Shown one piece after another: positions 1 through 10,581 of a stretch of 64,000 nt of DNA; position 1 is the stretch's first letter, and each line of letters starts with the position of its first letter. The notes below the pieces were generated by a model, which ran no database searches, was not told where the DNA came from, and was given only the letters and a program-made list of their open reading frames with translations. The position numbers were made by a program, and so were the translations under genes. The DNA comes from an uncultured Methanosarcinaceae archaeon (GTDB lineage: Archaea; Halobacteriota; Methanosarcinia; Methanosarcinales; Methanosarcinaceae), in NCBI GenBank assembly GCA_963721455.1, contig CAVRJG010000039.1, positions 192,001 to 256,000 on the forward strand. The letters are read 5' to 3'.

Positions 1-2
1 TT

Positions 3-920
3 GGGAATACTTTTCTGGATGAGCTCAGGCAGGCTCAGGCGATTATCCATGTAGTAGACGCCTCAGGCGGGACAGATGCAGAAGGCAACCCTGTGGAAAT
101 AGGAGACAATGACCCTCTGGATGATGTGATCTTCCTGAACAGGGAAATTACCATGTGGCTCTATGGCATTCTGGAAAGAAACTGGCTCAAGCTTGCCAGA
201 AAGACCCAGGCAGAAGGGCTTAAGCTCGAAATCGTAATTGCAGAACAGCTTGCTGGAGCAGGAATAAAAGAATCCCATGTAAACGCAGCTTTGATGGAAA
301 CAGGGCTTGCAAGGTTGGACCATATTAAATGGAGCGAGGAAGATATGATCCGGCTCTGCGACGCAATGAGGGAGATCAGCAAGCCTCTGCTTATCGCCGC
401 AAACAAAGCAGATATTGCCCCGGGAAAAAATCTGGATAAGCTCAAGGAGCTTGACAGGATAGTGGTGCCTACAAGTGCAGCAGCCGAACTGGCACTTAAG
501 TCCGCAGCAAAAAGTGGAATTATCAGGTACACCCCGGGAGACAGGAACTTCGATGTGCTTAGCGGAGACCTTACAAAAGCGCAGAAAAGGGGGCTCGAAA
601 CTATTCAGGGGGTAATTGAAAGGCTCGGCAGTACAGGTGTCCAGGAATGTATAAACAGGACTGTTTTTGAGCTTCTTGACCTTATTGTTGTATATCCCGT
701 AGAAGATGAAGGGAAATGGTCCGACAAAATCGGGAATATGCTTCCTGACGCCTACCTTATGAAAAGAGGCTCTACGTGCCATGACCTTGCTTACCAGATC
801 CATACCGAAATAGGGGATCGGTTCCTGTACGCAGTAGATGCAAGGACAAGGCTCAGGCTTGGAGAAAAGCATGAACTGAAAAACGGAGATGTAATCAAAA
901 TAGTGTCTACTGCAAAATGA
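3..920 (+). CDS. ychF: YchF/OLA1-family translation-associated ATPase/GTPase, 5' end outside the window
   Basis: Frame is open from the window edge ([25 protein letters not shown]); ANKAD G4-like motif; C-terminal TGS domain ([14 protein letters not shown]). Confidence 0.93.
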   Translation, partial: GNTFLDELRQAQAIIHVVDASGGTDAEGNPVEIGDNDPLDDVIFLNREITMWLYGILERNWLKLARKTQAEGLKLEIVIAEQLAGAGIKESHVNAALMETGLARLDHIKWSEEDMIRLCDAMREISKPLLIAANKADIAPGKNLDKLKELDRIVVPTSAAAELALKSAAKSGIIRYTPGDRNFDVLSGDLTKAQKRGLETIQGVIERLGSTGVQECINRTVFELLDLIVVYPVEDEGKWSDKIGNMLPDAYLMKRGSTCHDLAYQIHTEIGDRFLYAVDARTRLRLGEKHELKNGDVIKIVSTAK

Positions 921-1017
921 AAAACCGGTAAATCTGGAAAAATCTGAGGCGTGATAAAAAACAACGGAAAAGAAGAAATACTGGATTGTTTTAGTTGTCA
1001 GGGAGGATATTTTCCAG

Positions 1018-1692
1018 ATGGATTTACTTTCTTTTGCATATCCGTTTTATGAAAGATACCTGGCATGGCAAATAGCCAGGGCATCTTCAAATACCCCAAG
1101 GCATGTGGCAATCATAATCAAGGAAACCGACCTCCTTGAGCTTAAAGGAATGGAGAGGCTCCTATCTACACTTACCATTTTCAGAAGATTCAAGGTAGAA
1201 CTTGTGAGCATCTATGTAGATATCCTGAAGGCTGACCCTTCATTGAAAGCCGAAATCGCATCAACGCTCAAAACCCGGCTGGAAAAGAGCTTTTCGGACT
1301 TTCCTGCAGGCACAGGTTATAGAATTTATGGCCTTGACGGAGAAATAAATGGCAGTCTCCCTGGAAAGGACTTTTTTGTATATGTATTACTGGGATTCGG
1401 AGGAAGAGACGAAATTACCAGGGCCGTGCTGACCATTCTTGACGAAGTAAAGGCAGGAACTGTCAGGCCTGGGGAAGTGGATGAAAAAATGCTTGAATCA
1501 CACCTCCTCGTCAAGCATGAGCCGGATATAATGATCCGTTCAGGAGGACAGAAGCTTTCGGATTTCCTGGTCTGGCAGTCAGTTTATTCAGAATTGTATT
1601 TCACAGATGTCAACTGGAAAGATGTGCGGAGGCTCGACCTTTTAAGATTGATGAGAGATTTCCAGAAGAGACAGAGAAGGTATGGAAGGTGA
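1018..1692 (+). CDS. cis-prenyltransferase (UppS) family protein, probably the non-catalytic NgBR/Nus1-like subunit
   Basis: PRHVAII, EPDIMIRSGG, LSDFLVWQSVYSELYF and C-terminal RRYGR (RxG); the catalytic MDGNRR motif is replaced by IKETDL. Confidence 0.85.
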   Translation: MDLLSFAYPFYERYLAWQIARASSNTPRHVAIIIKETDLLELKGMERLLSTLTIFRRFKVELVSIYVDILKADPSLKAEIASTLKTRLEKSFSDFPAGTGYRIYGLDGEINGSLPGKDFFVYVLLGFGGRDEITRAVLTILDEVKAGTVRPGEVDEKMLESHLLVKHEPDIMIRSGGQKLSDFLVWQSVYSELYFTDVNWKDVRRLDLLRLMRDFQKRQRRYGR

Positions 1693-2233
1693 GTGAACTG
1701 GGGTTTGGAGAAAAGCCGAAAAATTTTCGCTATGCAGTAATTGTGTGCCCTAAATGCAGACAACATGCGCAGATCACAGAAACCGGAAAAAAAACCCTGA
1801 AATGCCAGCACTGCGGCGCTCTCCTGCAAGCCCGAAAACTCAGGGTATTTCACTTTTCCGGAGAACTTGCAGACGCAGTGGCTTTTCGCACTCGCTTGCA
1901 AGCCGAAATTTCCGGAAAAGGAAGTGGAACTTTTTCGCTGAAACCTTCCCCGGAAGAGTATGAACGCCCGAACCCCGAAACTGAGAGTACAACAAAAAAA
2001 TTTAAACTGTCAGAAAACAGGGCTTCTGGCAACCTGCCTCCTAAAAAAGACCAGAAATCAACTTTTCTGGAACTTCTGGAAGCCGCAGACGGAAAAATCG
2101 AAATTGAAGAGCTTCGGCAGAAAGCCCTGGAAAAAGGGATAAGTCCGGAAAAGTTCGAGTATAATTCTCAAAAAACTTCTGGAAACAGGAGAGACTCTAT
2201 TCTCCCGAACCTGGAATTATAAAACTGGTATGA
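1689..2233 (+). CDS. Zinc-ribbon + C-terminal winged-helix-like protein (DUF5817-like); two apparent +1 frameshifts near the 3' end
   Basis: YAVIVCPKC...CQHCG; removing t2160 and a2194 gives IILKKLLETGELYSPEPGIIKLV* ending at 2233; the ORF track ends at 2222. Confidence 0.7.
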
Positions 2234-2500
2234 AATAATATAGTTTCGACATAAAATTCGCATTACCAATTCAAAATTTTATAACCACGGCGGGCACGGA
2301 AAATCCAATCCAGAAACTGTAACCACCTACAATACGAAAATCATGGAAATCACAAAAACGGTGTCCTTGCTTTATTCCAAGCTGTAGCTGCTTTAAACGG
2401 TTCTAACTAATTTTAGGCTTTTAACCACACGGAAAAAGGTATGTGCTGTAACTTTGCGAAATTAGCCCTCTTGAGCAAAGCTCGGTATCTTCATTTATAA

Positions 2501-2573
2501 ATTAGTCCGCTTGAGCGAACAAGGTGAGCGAAACGGACAGCGCACTGCAGAGCCGCAACTCTGCCGAGACAAA
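2501..2573 (+). repeat. Dispersed REP/MITE-like intergenic element, copy 1
   Basis: ATTAGTCCGCTTGAGCGAA...GCGAAACGGACAGCGCACTGCAGAGCCGCAACTCTG; similar to 19459-19531 and, inverted, 45819-45870. Confidence 0.75.
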
Positions 2574-2736
2574 TTATATTAAGTACGAAAAGATTTACTA
2601 TAATCTAATAAAACAGGAACTGAATCCGTCTTGAGCAGCCGAAAGGGAATAAGCCGTATTCAAAGACTATTTAAAGATTATATATTTTTTTCACGAGTAT
2701 AAACAGTTCATTGATAAAGGTATAACGGTGTTAAAA

Positions 2737-3708
2737 ATGATGGATCCGCAAATTGAGCGAAAACTCATTGAAATTATGAGGGTGATTCACGAAAGTGACA
2801 AGCCTATAGGTGCCCGGGCAATAGCTGATGAACTTAATAACCGGGGCTATGATATAGGAGAGCGGGCTGTCCGCTACCATCTGAGGATCCTGGATGAGAG
2901 AGGGTTCACACGCAAACACGGGTATGCAGGGCGTACGCTTACTGAACTGGGAGAAAGCGAGATGAGTGACGCTCTCATCGGAGACCGCTTTGGTTTCGTA
3001 ATATCCCGAATAGAAGAGATGGCGTTCAGGACTACTTATAACCCCGAGACCAATGATGGGGTAGTAGTTGTAAATGTTTCTTACTTTGATAAGGACGATT
3101 TGGAAACAGTTATTGATGTGCTTTCATATACCGCACATTCAGGGTACATGATAAGCCCCAGAGTAAGGATTTTTGAAGAAGGCGAAGAATTGATTCCCCT
3201 GCCTCCTGGCAAAGTCGGAGTAGCTACGGTATGCAGTGTTACTTTTGACGGGCTCCTTCTCAAAGCAGGCATTCCTGTGGAACCTGCTTATGGCGGAATT
3301 CTCCAGATAGAAAACCGGAAGCCTGCACGCTTTTTAGATCTGATTTCTTACAGCGGAACCTCAATTGACCCTATACAGATTTTCATGAGCAGAAAGCCTA
3401 CATCAGTCCTTGAAGTGCTTGAAAAGGGGGAAGGCAAAATCCTTGCCAATATGCGGCAGATCAATTCCTCAGCGTATGACAGGGCAGGGGAAGTCATCAA
3501 AATTGCAGAAAAAGCCGGGCTTGGTGGTTGTTTCCCTCCCGGTGAAATTGATGAGACTTTATTTGGGGCGCCTGTTGAGACAGGAAAATTCGGCATTGCG
3601 GTCGTAGGAGGTATTAACGGTATCTGCGCTCTTGAAGAGACCGGAATTAAAATTGAGACAAACCCTGTTTCTACTGTTATAGAATACAGAACCATGTCAG
3701 AAATCTGA
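2737..3708 (+). CDS. nrpR: Global nitrogen repressor NrpR (wHTH + one NRD/DUF128 domain, NrpRI type)
   Basis: KPIGARAIADEL..GERAVRYHLRILDERG wHTH; VATVCSVTFDG and GGINGIC NRD motifs; ATG at 2737 or 2740, ORF track starts at GTG 2728. Confidence 0.93.
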   Translation: MMDPQIERKLIEIMRVIHESDKPIGARAIADELNNRGYDIGERAVRYHLRILDERGFTRKHGYAGRTLTELGESEMSDALIGDRFGFVISRIEEMAFRTTYNPETNDGVVVVNVSYFDKDDLETVIDVLSYTAHSGYMISPRVRIFEEGEELIPLPPGKVGVATVCSVTFDGLLLKAGIPVEPAYGGILQIENRKPARFLDLISYSGTSIDPIQIFMSRKPTSVLEVLEKGEGKILANMRQINSSAYDRAGEVIKIAEKAGLGGCFPPGEIDETLFGAPVETGKFGIAVVGGINGICALEETGIKIETNPVSTVIEYRTMSEI

Positions 3709-3717
3709 GGAGAGCAG

Positions 3718-4380
3718 ATGTTCAGGCTTACTGTCATTTATGACAACAAAGCCGGCGATGACTTCACAGGAAGCTGGGGTTTTGCAGTTCTTGTTGAGAC
3801 AGGCAGCGAAACCCTTCTTTTCGATACTGGATGGGATGGAACTCTTCTGTTAAAACATATGAAGAGACTTAGCATTAATCCTGCAAGTATCAGAAAATTA
3901 ATTATTTCCCACCAGCACTGGGACCATACAGGCGGCCTTCCCGAGATTCTCCAGGCAAGCCCTGGAATTGAGGTATATGTTCCTGCATCTTTTTCGGAAA
4001 ACCTGAAAAAAGAGATTGAGAAAAGGGCGACTCTTATTGAAGTAAAAGAACCTGTAGAAATCTGCCCGGGTATTACGAGTACAGGAGAACTTGGGGATAA
4101 AGTAAAAGAACAGGCGCTGGTCCTGGACACCGGAGACGGATGTTATGTGCTTACAGGCTGTGCTCACCCGGGGCTTGGCGCAATTTTAGATACTGCCCGC
4201 CTTTACGGGAAAATAAAGGGAATCCTCGGGGGACTTCATGATAGCGAAGAGTTTGAAAGGCTGAGAGGGCTGGAACTCATAGCAGCAGGGCACTGCACTG
4301 CTCACAGGGATAAAATAAAAGAAATTTTTCCAAGGGAGTTCGTTGAAATCGAAGTTGGCCTGCGTCTGGATCTGAGATAA
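3718..4380 (+). CDS. MBL-fold metallo-hydrolase
   Basis: LFDTG, SHQHWDHTGG, TGCAHPG, GGLH and GHCT motifs; SD GAGGAG upstream. Confidence 0.9.
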   Translation: MFRLTVIYDNKAGDDFTGSWGFAVLVETGSETLLFDTGWDGTLLLKHMKRLSINPASIRKLIISHQHWDHTGGLPEILQASPGIEVYVPASFSENLKKEIEKRATLIEVKEPVEICPGITSTGELGDKVKEQALVLDTGDGCYVLTGCAHPGLGAILDTARLYGKIKGILGGLHDSEEFERLRGLELIAAGHCTAHRDKIKEIFPREFVEIEVGLRLDLR

Positions 4381-4960
4381 ATAGATATGAAGTATAAAAC
4401 CTACTTTCGGCAGGTAACTTGTATTTTTCGCAATATTTTTACTGCTAGCGTTTTTGCTGGAAAACACATATTGTCTGATACCAAACGTTATTGCAAAATT
4501 GGTTCATTGTTCATATATGTCGTGAGATTTGGGTTATACGTTAACCAGTTACAAACCCAATATATATTTGCATAATGTTTGAAAAACGCCATCAGTAAAA
4601 ATTTAATATCTAATGTCGACCTGCCGAATGTAGGATAAAATGTCCTTTTTTGCAAATTTTTAGTTTAAATCCTGAATTTAATATATATTTTAAAAGAGCC
4701 CTGAATTTTAACGCCTTAGTTTTAACAAATGCGTAAAATGTAGAGGAAATGTATAATTAGAAATACAATGTCCTCTAAACAGAATGCAGGACTTAGTGCG
4801 GAATGATGGAGATCAGGCAAAGATACCAGAATTGTCCGATTTTTGCCGTTCTTCCTGCCTCATAGAACGTATTTTGAATAAACGTACTTTGAATGATTAT
4901 TTTCTCGCGATACGAAAAAAGAAAAGGGGAACCGTATCAAAAATGAGATAAACGGAGAAA

Positions 4961-5710
4961 GTGTCGATGCTGAAAATAGAGGACCTGACTGTAGAGGTCA
5001 ACGGAAAAACTTTGCTTCACGACGTGAACCTCGAAGTCAAAAAAGGGTATACTAATGTGCTTTTTGGGCCAAATGGAGCTGGAAAAACAGCTTTGATGAG
5101 AACGATCATGGGCTTTAGCGAGTACAAAGTTGTAAAAGGCCAGATTCTGTTCAATGGAGAAGACATTACCGGCCTGCCGGTGGATGAAAGAGCCCGCCGA
5201 GGACTTGGAATCATGATGCAGCGCCCGCCAGATATGTCCGGGATTAAGTTGAGAGATCTTGTAAGAGTGGCATCCAAAGGAAAGAAAAACCCTGACGATC
5301 TTGCCGAAAAGCTTGATATGAAGCGTTTCCTGGACAGGGATGTCAATGTGGGTTTTTCTGGAGGAGAAATCAAACGTTCCGAACTTCTGCAACTTGAAGC
5401 CCAGGATCCGAGCCTCTACCTTCTGGATGAGCCTGAGTCCGGGGTAGACCTTGTAAGCATAGAACATGTCGGGATGACAATAAAGGGACTGCTCGAAGAA
5501 GGGATCGACTGTCCCGGCGAAACCTGCAAGAAAGGGAAATCAGCCCTTATTATTACCCACACAGGTCAGATCCTGGATTATGTAACGGCAGATAGGGGAT
5601 ATATCCTTTGCAACGGGACGGTTATGTGTTCCGGAAATCCCTTGAAAATGCTGGAAGAAATAAAGAACAGAGGGTACGAGGAGTGTATAAAATGCAGACT
5701 GATGAGGTGA
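4961..5710 (+). CDS. sufC: Fe-S cluster assembly ABC ATPase SufC (SmsC type)
   Basis: GPNGAGKT Walker A, NVGFSGGE, LLDEPESGVD, C-terminal CIKC; overlaps sufB. Confidence 0.92.
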   Translation: MSMLKIEDLTVEVNGKTLLHDVNLEVKKGYTNVLFGPNGAGKTALMRTIMGFSEYKVVKGQILFNGEDITGLPVDERARRGLGIMMQRPPDMSGIKLRDLVRVASKGKKNPDDLAEKLDMKRFLDRDVNVGFSGGEIKRSELLQLEAQDPSLYLLDEPESGVDLVSIEHVGMTIKGLLEEGIDCPGETCKKGKSALIITHTGQILDYVTADRGYILCNGTVMCSGNPLKMLEEIKNRGYEECIKCRLMR

Positions 5711-6915
5711 ACCTAAAAAAGAGAGCCGAGAGCGCAGCCAGTAAAAAAGCGGCTTTCGGAGAGGATTTCGAGCTGGAAAAGTTTGAGGAAGGTTCCAAGG
5801 TTAGCAAGCCTATTGAAGACCTCCAGACCCTTGACGAGGAAAGCAAAAGAACCCTGTTCCAGGTAGGGGTAATCACGAGCGAAGAAGGGAGATCCGGAAG
5901 TCTGCTGGTACTTGATAATGCAGTCTCGCATTCGTCCCTGAAAGACAAGAGTATAGAACTTATGTCGACCCAGAAAGCCCTGAAAAAGTATGAATGGCTC
6001 AAAGACTACTCGTGGAAACTTGTAGCTGTGGATACTGATAAATACACAGCAAAAACCTATCTTGAAAATGCGGATGGATACTTTGTCCGAGTGCCTGCAG
6101 GTAAGAAATCCTCAATGCCAATCCAGACCTGCCTTATGCTGAACAGTAAAAAAGTATACCAGACCGTACATAACATCATAATCGTCGAAGAAGGCGCCAG
6201 CCTTGACATTATCACAGGCTGTACATCTAAAAAAGGAGTAGAAGAAGGAATACATATGGGAATTTCCGAGATGTACGTAAAAAAAGGCGCTACTCTGAAC
6301 TTTACGATGATCCACAACTGGGCTGAGCAGATCGGAGTTCGCCCGAGGACAGTGGTTCGTGTGGAAGAAGGTGGAACTTACATAAGCAATTACATTTGCC
6401 TGAAACCCGTTCGTTCTGTCCAGATGTACCCAACTGTCAGGCTCGAAGGAGAAGGGGCAGTAACCAGGCTCAATACTATAGCAATTGCCCATCCCGGCTC
6501 TGAACTTGATCTTGGAAGCAGGGCGATTTTCAATGCCCCTGGCACGAAAGCTGAACTTGTCTCGAGGACAATCACAATCGGCGGCAGAATAATTGCAAGG
6601 GGAGAAATGATAGCCAATTCAAAGGGAGCAAAAGGGCACCTTGAATGCAAAGGGCTTGTCCTTACCGATAAAGGAAGCCAGCTCGCAATCCCCGTCCTTG
6701 AAGCAAATGTAGATGACGTCGAACTTACTCACGAAGCAGCCGTTGGAAAAATTGCCAAAGACCAGGTAGAGTACCTTATGGCTAGAGGGCTTACCGAAGA
6801 AGAAGCCGTGGGTATGATCGTGCGCGGGTTCCTTGACGTGGGAATCAGGGGTATCCCGGATGAACTGAGAAATGAAATAGAAAATACAATTACACAGACA
6901 GCTTTTGGAATGTAA
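5692..6915 (+). CDS. sufB: SufB/SufD-family Fe-S scaffold (SmsB type)
   Basis: GHLECKGL, LTHEAAVGKI, YLMARGL..A..MIVRGF; ATG 5692 after GAGGAG. Confidence 0.92.
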   Translation: MQTDEVNLKKRAESAASKKAAFGEDFELEKFEEGSKVSKPIEDLQTLDEESKRTLFQVGVITSEEGRSGSLLVLDNAVSHSSLKDKSIELMSTQKALKKYEWLKDYSWKLVAVDTDKYTAKTYLENADGYFVRVPAGKKSSMPIQTCLMLNSKKVYQTVHNIIIVEEGASLDIITGCTSKKGVEEGIHMGISEMYVKKGATLNFTMIHNWAEQIGVRPRTVVRVEEGGTYISNYICLKPVRSVQMYPTVRLEGEGAVTRLNTIAIAHPGSELDLGSRAIFNAPGTKAELVSRTITIGGRIIARGEMIANSKGAKGHLECKGLVLTDKGSQLAIPVLEANVDDVELTHEAAVGKIAKDQVEYLMARGLTEEEAVGMIVRGFLDVGIRGIPDELRNEIENTITQTAFGM

Positions 6916-6977
6916 TTCAAAATATGAAAGGATTTAAATAGACACGGAAAGACAAAGAAAAATTCTTCCCTTATCTC

Positions 6978-7011
6978 TTTTTTCCGTGTTTTTCGGGGGT
7001 ATAAAATCTGG
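6978..7011 (-). repeat. ACCACGGAAAACACGGAAAA-type intergenic repeat, inverted copy
   Basis: TTTTTCCGTGTTTTTCGGGGGTATAAAATCTGG resembles the reverse complement of 19384-19416. Confidence 0.6.
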
Positions 7012-7350
7012 GGCAGATTAAGTGTAAATATTTACGTTTGAAATAACAAGTACAGAAAAGGGTGTGTGGGTCCGGCAGGAAAAAAGGAGAAACCTGTCGG
7101 CTTTTTTGTGGAGCATTTGTGGATTTTAATAAGCTGGAAGCATGATTCTCAATAATAGGGCTTATTCTTGGAAAAGAAAGCCTTACAGCAAATGCTGCTC
7201 ATTAAACTGCAATTTGCAAATCGAAAAAAGGAATTTAAATATATTAATATGCTATCGGTTTTATATAAATTTGTATGAATCGAAATTAGATTACTCACAG
7301 ACGATTAAATACGAGTTTTCAAATTATTTAGGTTCTCGGAAAAGGGGGAA

Positions 7351-10347
7351 ATGGAAGTAAAGATGAGAAAATCTGGCATTGATATTATTGGGGACATTCC
7401 CTGGGGAACACATTTCTGCCAGTTCTACCAGACAAAAGAAGATTTGATGGACATACTTGTCCCTTATTTCAAAGCAGGGCTGGAAAATAATGAATTTTGC
7501 ATCTGGATCACGGCACAACCTCTGGAAGTAGAGGAGGCAAAAGAAGCCCTGAAAAGGGCTGTTCCTGATTTTGATGTTTATCTGGAGAACAGACAAATAG
7601 AAATTGTTCCCTACACCCACGGGTACATAAATGAGAGTGTTTTCGATTCTAAGAAAATCTTGAACGGCTGGGTTGAGAAAACCAGTTATGCCTTGGCCAG
7701 TGGCTACGATGGTTTGAGATTAAGTTTGAACACTTTCGGGCTGGAAAAAACAGATTGTGATTATTTTGCTGATTACGAGGGAGAAGTGGATAGCATCATC
7801 AGCAAACACAATATGATAGCACTGTGCACCTATTCCCTTGATAAGTGCAGCGCAATTGGGATTATTGACACAGTCTCCAGCCATCAATTCGTTTTGGCCA
7901 AAAAAGAAGGAAAATGGGAGCGAATAGAAAACGTTGGGAAGAAAACGGCGGAAGAGGCAACTATTCGAGCCGCAGAAGAAGACGAAATTAAGTTGGGAGA
8001 AGCATATGACAATCCAGAAAAATTATTTAGAAGAATAATGCAGCTTGAGAAGGCTTATATTTTATTGAAAGAAAGCGAAAAAGGTCTTGCTGAAGCTCAA
8101 AAAATGGCTCATATTGGAAGTTGGGATTTAGATATTGCAACTGATGAATCAAAATGGTCTGATGAAATGCATCGTATTTTTGGGCTTGATCCCCACGAAT
8201 TCGGCCCAAGTGACAAAACATTTTTAAGGTATGTACATCCAGACGATCGAGAATATGTGAATAATGCCATCCAAGACGCCTTAAAAGGAAAGCCATATAG
8301 CATTGATTATCGGATTATTTTAGTTAATGGGGAAGAAAGCGCAGTACATGAACAGAGAGAAATTACTTTTGATAAAAAAGATATACCTGTTCGAATTATT
8401 GGAACAATTCAGGATATTGCTGGGCGTAAAAAGATTGAAAAAGCGTTAAAAATAGCCAGAGATTATAATCGCAGTTTGATTGATTCCAGCCTGGATCTTC
8501 TGTTTGTTACCGATCCTGATGGTAAGATAACTGATGTAAATAAAGCTGCGGTAGAGGCTATCGGCTATTTACGGGAAGAACTCATTGGGACAAACTTTAC
8601 TAACTATTTTACAGATCCTGAACAAGCCAGAGAAGACTATCAAGAGGTATTTAGGGAAGGGGCAGTGCTGAATCGGGAGCTTGAAATCAAGCATAAGGAT
8701 GGCCACATAACTCCTGTTTTGTATAATTTTTCAGTTCGTATGAATGAAAGTGGTGAAATCATCGGCGTCTTTGCAGCTGCACATGACATCACAGAGCGCA
8801 AGAAAGCAGACGAAATACTTAAAAAAACACACGACTGGTTAGAAGAAAAAGTTAAAGAACGTACAGCTGAACTTGAAGAAGCTTATAAGGCATTAGTGGA
8901 AAATGAAATAAGACTCAAAGAAGCTCAAAAAATGGCTCATATTGGAAATTGGGATTGGGATATTGCAACTGATAAAGCATACTGGTCTGAAGAAATGTAC
9001 CGTATCTTTGGACGTGATCCTCAAGAATTAGCACCACCCTACAATGAATATTCAAGTTACATACATCCCGATGATCGAGACTACTTTGATAATGCCGCTA
9101 AGAAAGCTGTAAATGGGGAGTCCTATAGTAGTGATTATAGGATTGTCTTGGCTAATGGGAAAGAACGCACAGTCCACGTAAAATCTGAAGTTATTTTTGA
9201 TGCTGAGAATATTCCTATTCGAATGAAAGGAACAGTTCAGGATATTACTGAGCGCAAGCGGATGGAGGATTCGTTGCGTCAGAGTAAAGCGCTGCTTTCC
9301 GCTGTCCTCGAGCAACTACCAGTAGGCCTTGGACTTGCCGATACTCAAGGACGCTGGTTGGTCACCAACAACATGCTCCGTCGCTTTGTAAGTGGAGGAG
9401 TTATTCCGTCGAGCGACCCTGAAAACAGCTGGCGTTGGAGGACATGGGGAGTTGACGACCGTTTACTAGAGCAACCCGAATGGCCGAACGCGAGGGCACT
9501 TCAGGGCGAGAACATAACTCAAGGGCTAGATTTTCTCTACACCTCCGACGAAGGGCGGGAGATATGGACGCGCATAAGCTCGGTTCCTTTCCGCAACGAG
9601 GCTGGGGAGATCACGGGCACTATCAGCGTCATCCAGGATATCGACGAGAAAAAGAGGACCGAAGAAGCCCTGGAAAAAATAGAAAAAACCCGCATAAAGG
9701 AAATTCACCATAGAATCAAAAACAACCTGCAGGTAATCTCTTCACTTCTCAGCCTCCAAGCGGAGAAGTTCAGTGATACAAAAATCCTTGAAGCCCTTAG
9801 AGAGAGCCAGACCCGTGTGGCTTCAATGGCTCTGATTCATGAAGAGCTATATGAAGGAGATAAGATTGATACCTTCGACTTTGCAGCTTATATCCATAAA
9901 CTCACTTCACATCTTTTCAGTTCATATAATGTTAAAAATGATAATATCAGCTTGAAGCTGGATATTGGACAGGTCTATCTGAGTATGGATCCTGCAATAC
10001 CTCTTGGAATTATTGTAAACGAACTGGTCTCAAATGCCTTGAAGCATGCTTTCCCTGCTGGAAGCGAAGGCGAAATCTACATAAGCCTTAGCAAAGCTGA
10101 AACTCCTGCTCCCAAGCATGATATTTCCGATTCGGGCCCGTGCTATATGGAAAAAAATAGCTTCAATTATGTACTTACAGTAGCGGATAACGGAAAAGGC
10201 ATCCCGGAAGAAATAGAGTTTCAAAATGCGGATTCTCTCGGACTCCAGCTTGTAAACATTCTTGTTGAACAGATAGATGGCTGTATAGAACTTAAAAGAG
10301 ATAAAGGAACAGAATTCACTATCTGGTTTAGCAATATAGATAAATGA
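7351..10347 (+). CDS. Sensor histidine kinase: MEDS + 4 PAS/PAC + HisKA_2 + HATPase
   Basis: WGTHFCQFY (MEDS); repeated PAS_3 modules; EIHHRIKNNLQ H-box; NELVSNALKH, DNGKG, SLGL. Confidence 0.95.
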   Translation: MEVKMRKSGIDIIGDIPWGTHFCQFYQTKEDLMDILVPYFKAGLENNEFCIWITAQPLEVEEAKEALKRAVPDFDVYLENRQIEIVPYTHGYINESVFDSKKILNGWVEKTSYALASGYDGLRLSLNTFGLEKTDCDYFADYEGEVDSIISKHNMIALCTYSLDKCSAIGIIDTVSSHQFVLAKKEGKWERIENVGKKTAEEATIRAAEEDEIKLGEAYDNPEKLFRRIMQLEKAYILLKESEKGLAEAQKMAHIGSWDLDIATDESKWSDEMHRIFGLDPHEFGPSDKTFLRYVHPDDREYVNNAIQDALKGKPYSIDYRIILVNGEESAVHEQREITFDKKDIPVRIIGTIQDIAGRKKIEKALKIARDYNRSLIDSSLDLLFVTDPDGKITDVNKAAVEAIGYLREELIGTNFTNYFTDPEQAREDYQEVFREGAVLNRELEIKHKDGHITPVLYNFSVRMNESGEIIGVFAAAHDITERKKADEILKKTHDWLEEKVKERTAELEEAYKALVENEIRLKEAQKMAHIGNWDWDIATDKAYWSEEMYRIFGRDPQELAPPYNEYSSYIHPDDRDYFDNAAKKAVNGESYSSDYRIVLANGKERTVHVKSEVIFDAENIPIRMKGTVQDITERKRMEDSLRQSKALLSAVLEQLPVGLGLADTQGRWLVTNNMLRRFVSGGVIPSSDPENSWRWRTWGVDDRLLEQPEWPNARALQGENITQGLDFLYTSDEGREIWTRISSVPFRNEAGEITGTISVIQDIDEKKRTEEALEKIEKTRIKEIHHRIKNNLQVISSLLSLQAEKFSDTKILEALRESQTRVASMALIHEELYEGDKIDTFDFAAYIHKLTSHLFSSYNVKNDNISLKLDIGQVYLSMDPAIPLGIIVNELVSNALKHAFPAGSEGEIYISLSKAETPAPKHDISDSGPCYMEKNSFNYVLTVADNGKGIPEEIEFQNADSLGLQLVNILVEQIDGCIELKRDKGTEFTIWFSNIDK

Positions 10348-10533
10348 ACCACGATTCATATTTAAAAATATTCACAATAGCAGAGTGCATTCACGTAATT
10401 GCATTCCGCCTCTTGTTTTTCACGCTGTGTACTTTTTGATGTTCTGTACGCGGGTAAGCTTAGATAACAGCGTCAAAAAAGTAAAGTACTTCTTATTTTT
10501 GGCCGGAGAATACGGTACTTGCCAGCGTATATA

Positions 10534-10565
10534 TATTACTGCGGCAATGTTACAGTACTGCAATA
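10534..10565. promoter_or_regulatory. Two tandem imperfect palindromes between a TATA box and the RBS; putative autoregulatory operator
   Basis: TATTACTGCGGCAATG and TGTTACAGTACTGCAATA directly after TATATATA and before the HTH gene. Confidence 0.5.
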
Positions 10566-10581
10566 TTTCAGAGGGATTGGA

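Noticed and set aside
63-872. 269-aa minus-strand ORF
   Set aside because: Antisense shadow of ychF
4961-6915. Two-gene sufCB as a novel minimal Fe-S system
   Set aside because: Matches the already described SUF-like minimal system (SmsCB)
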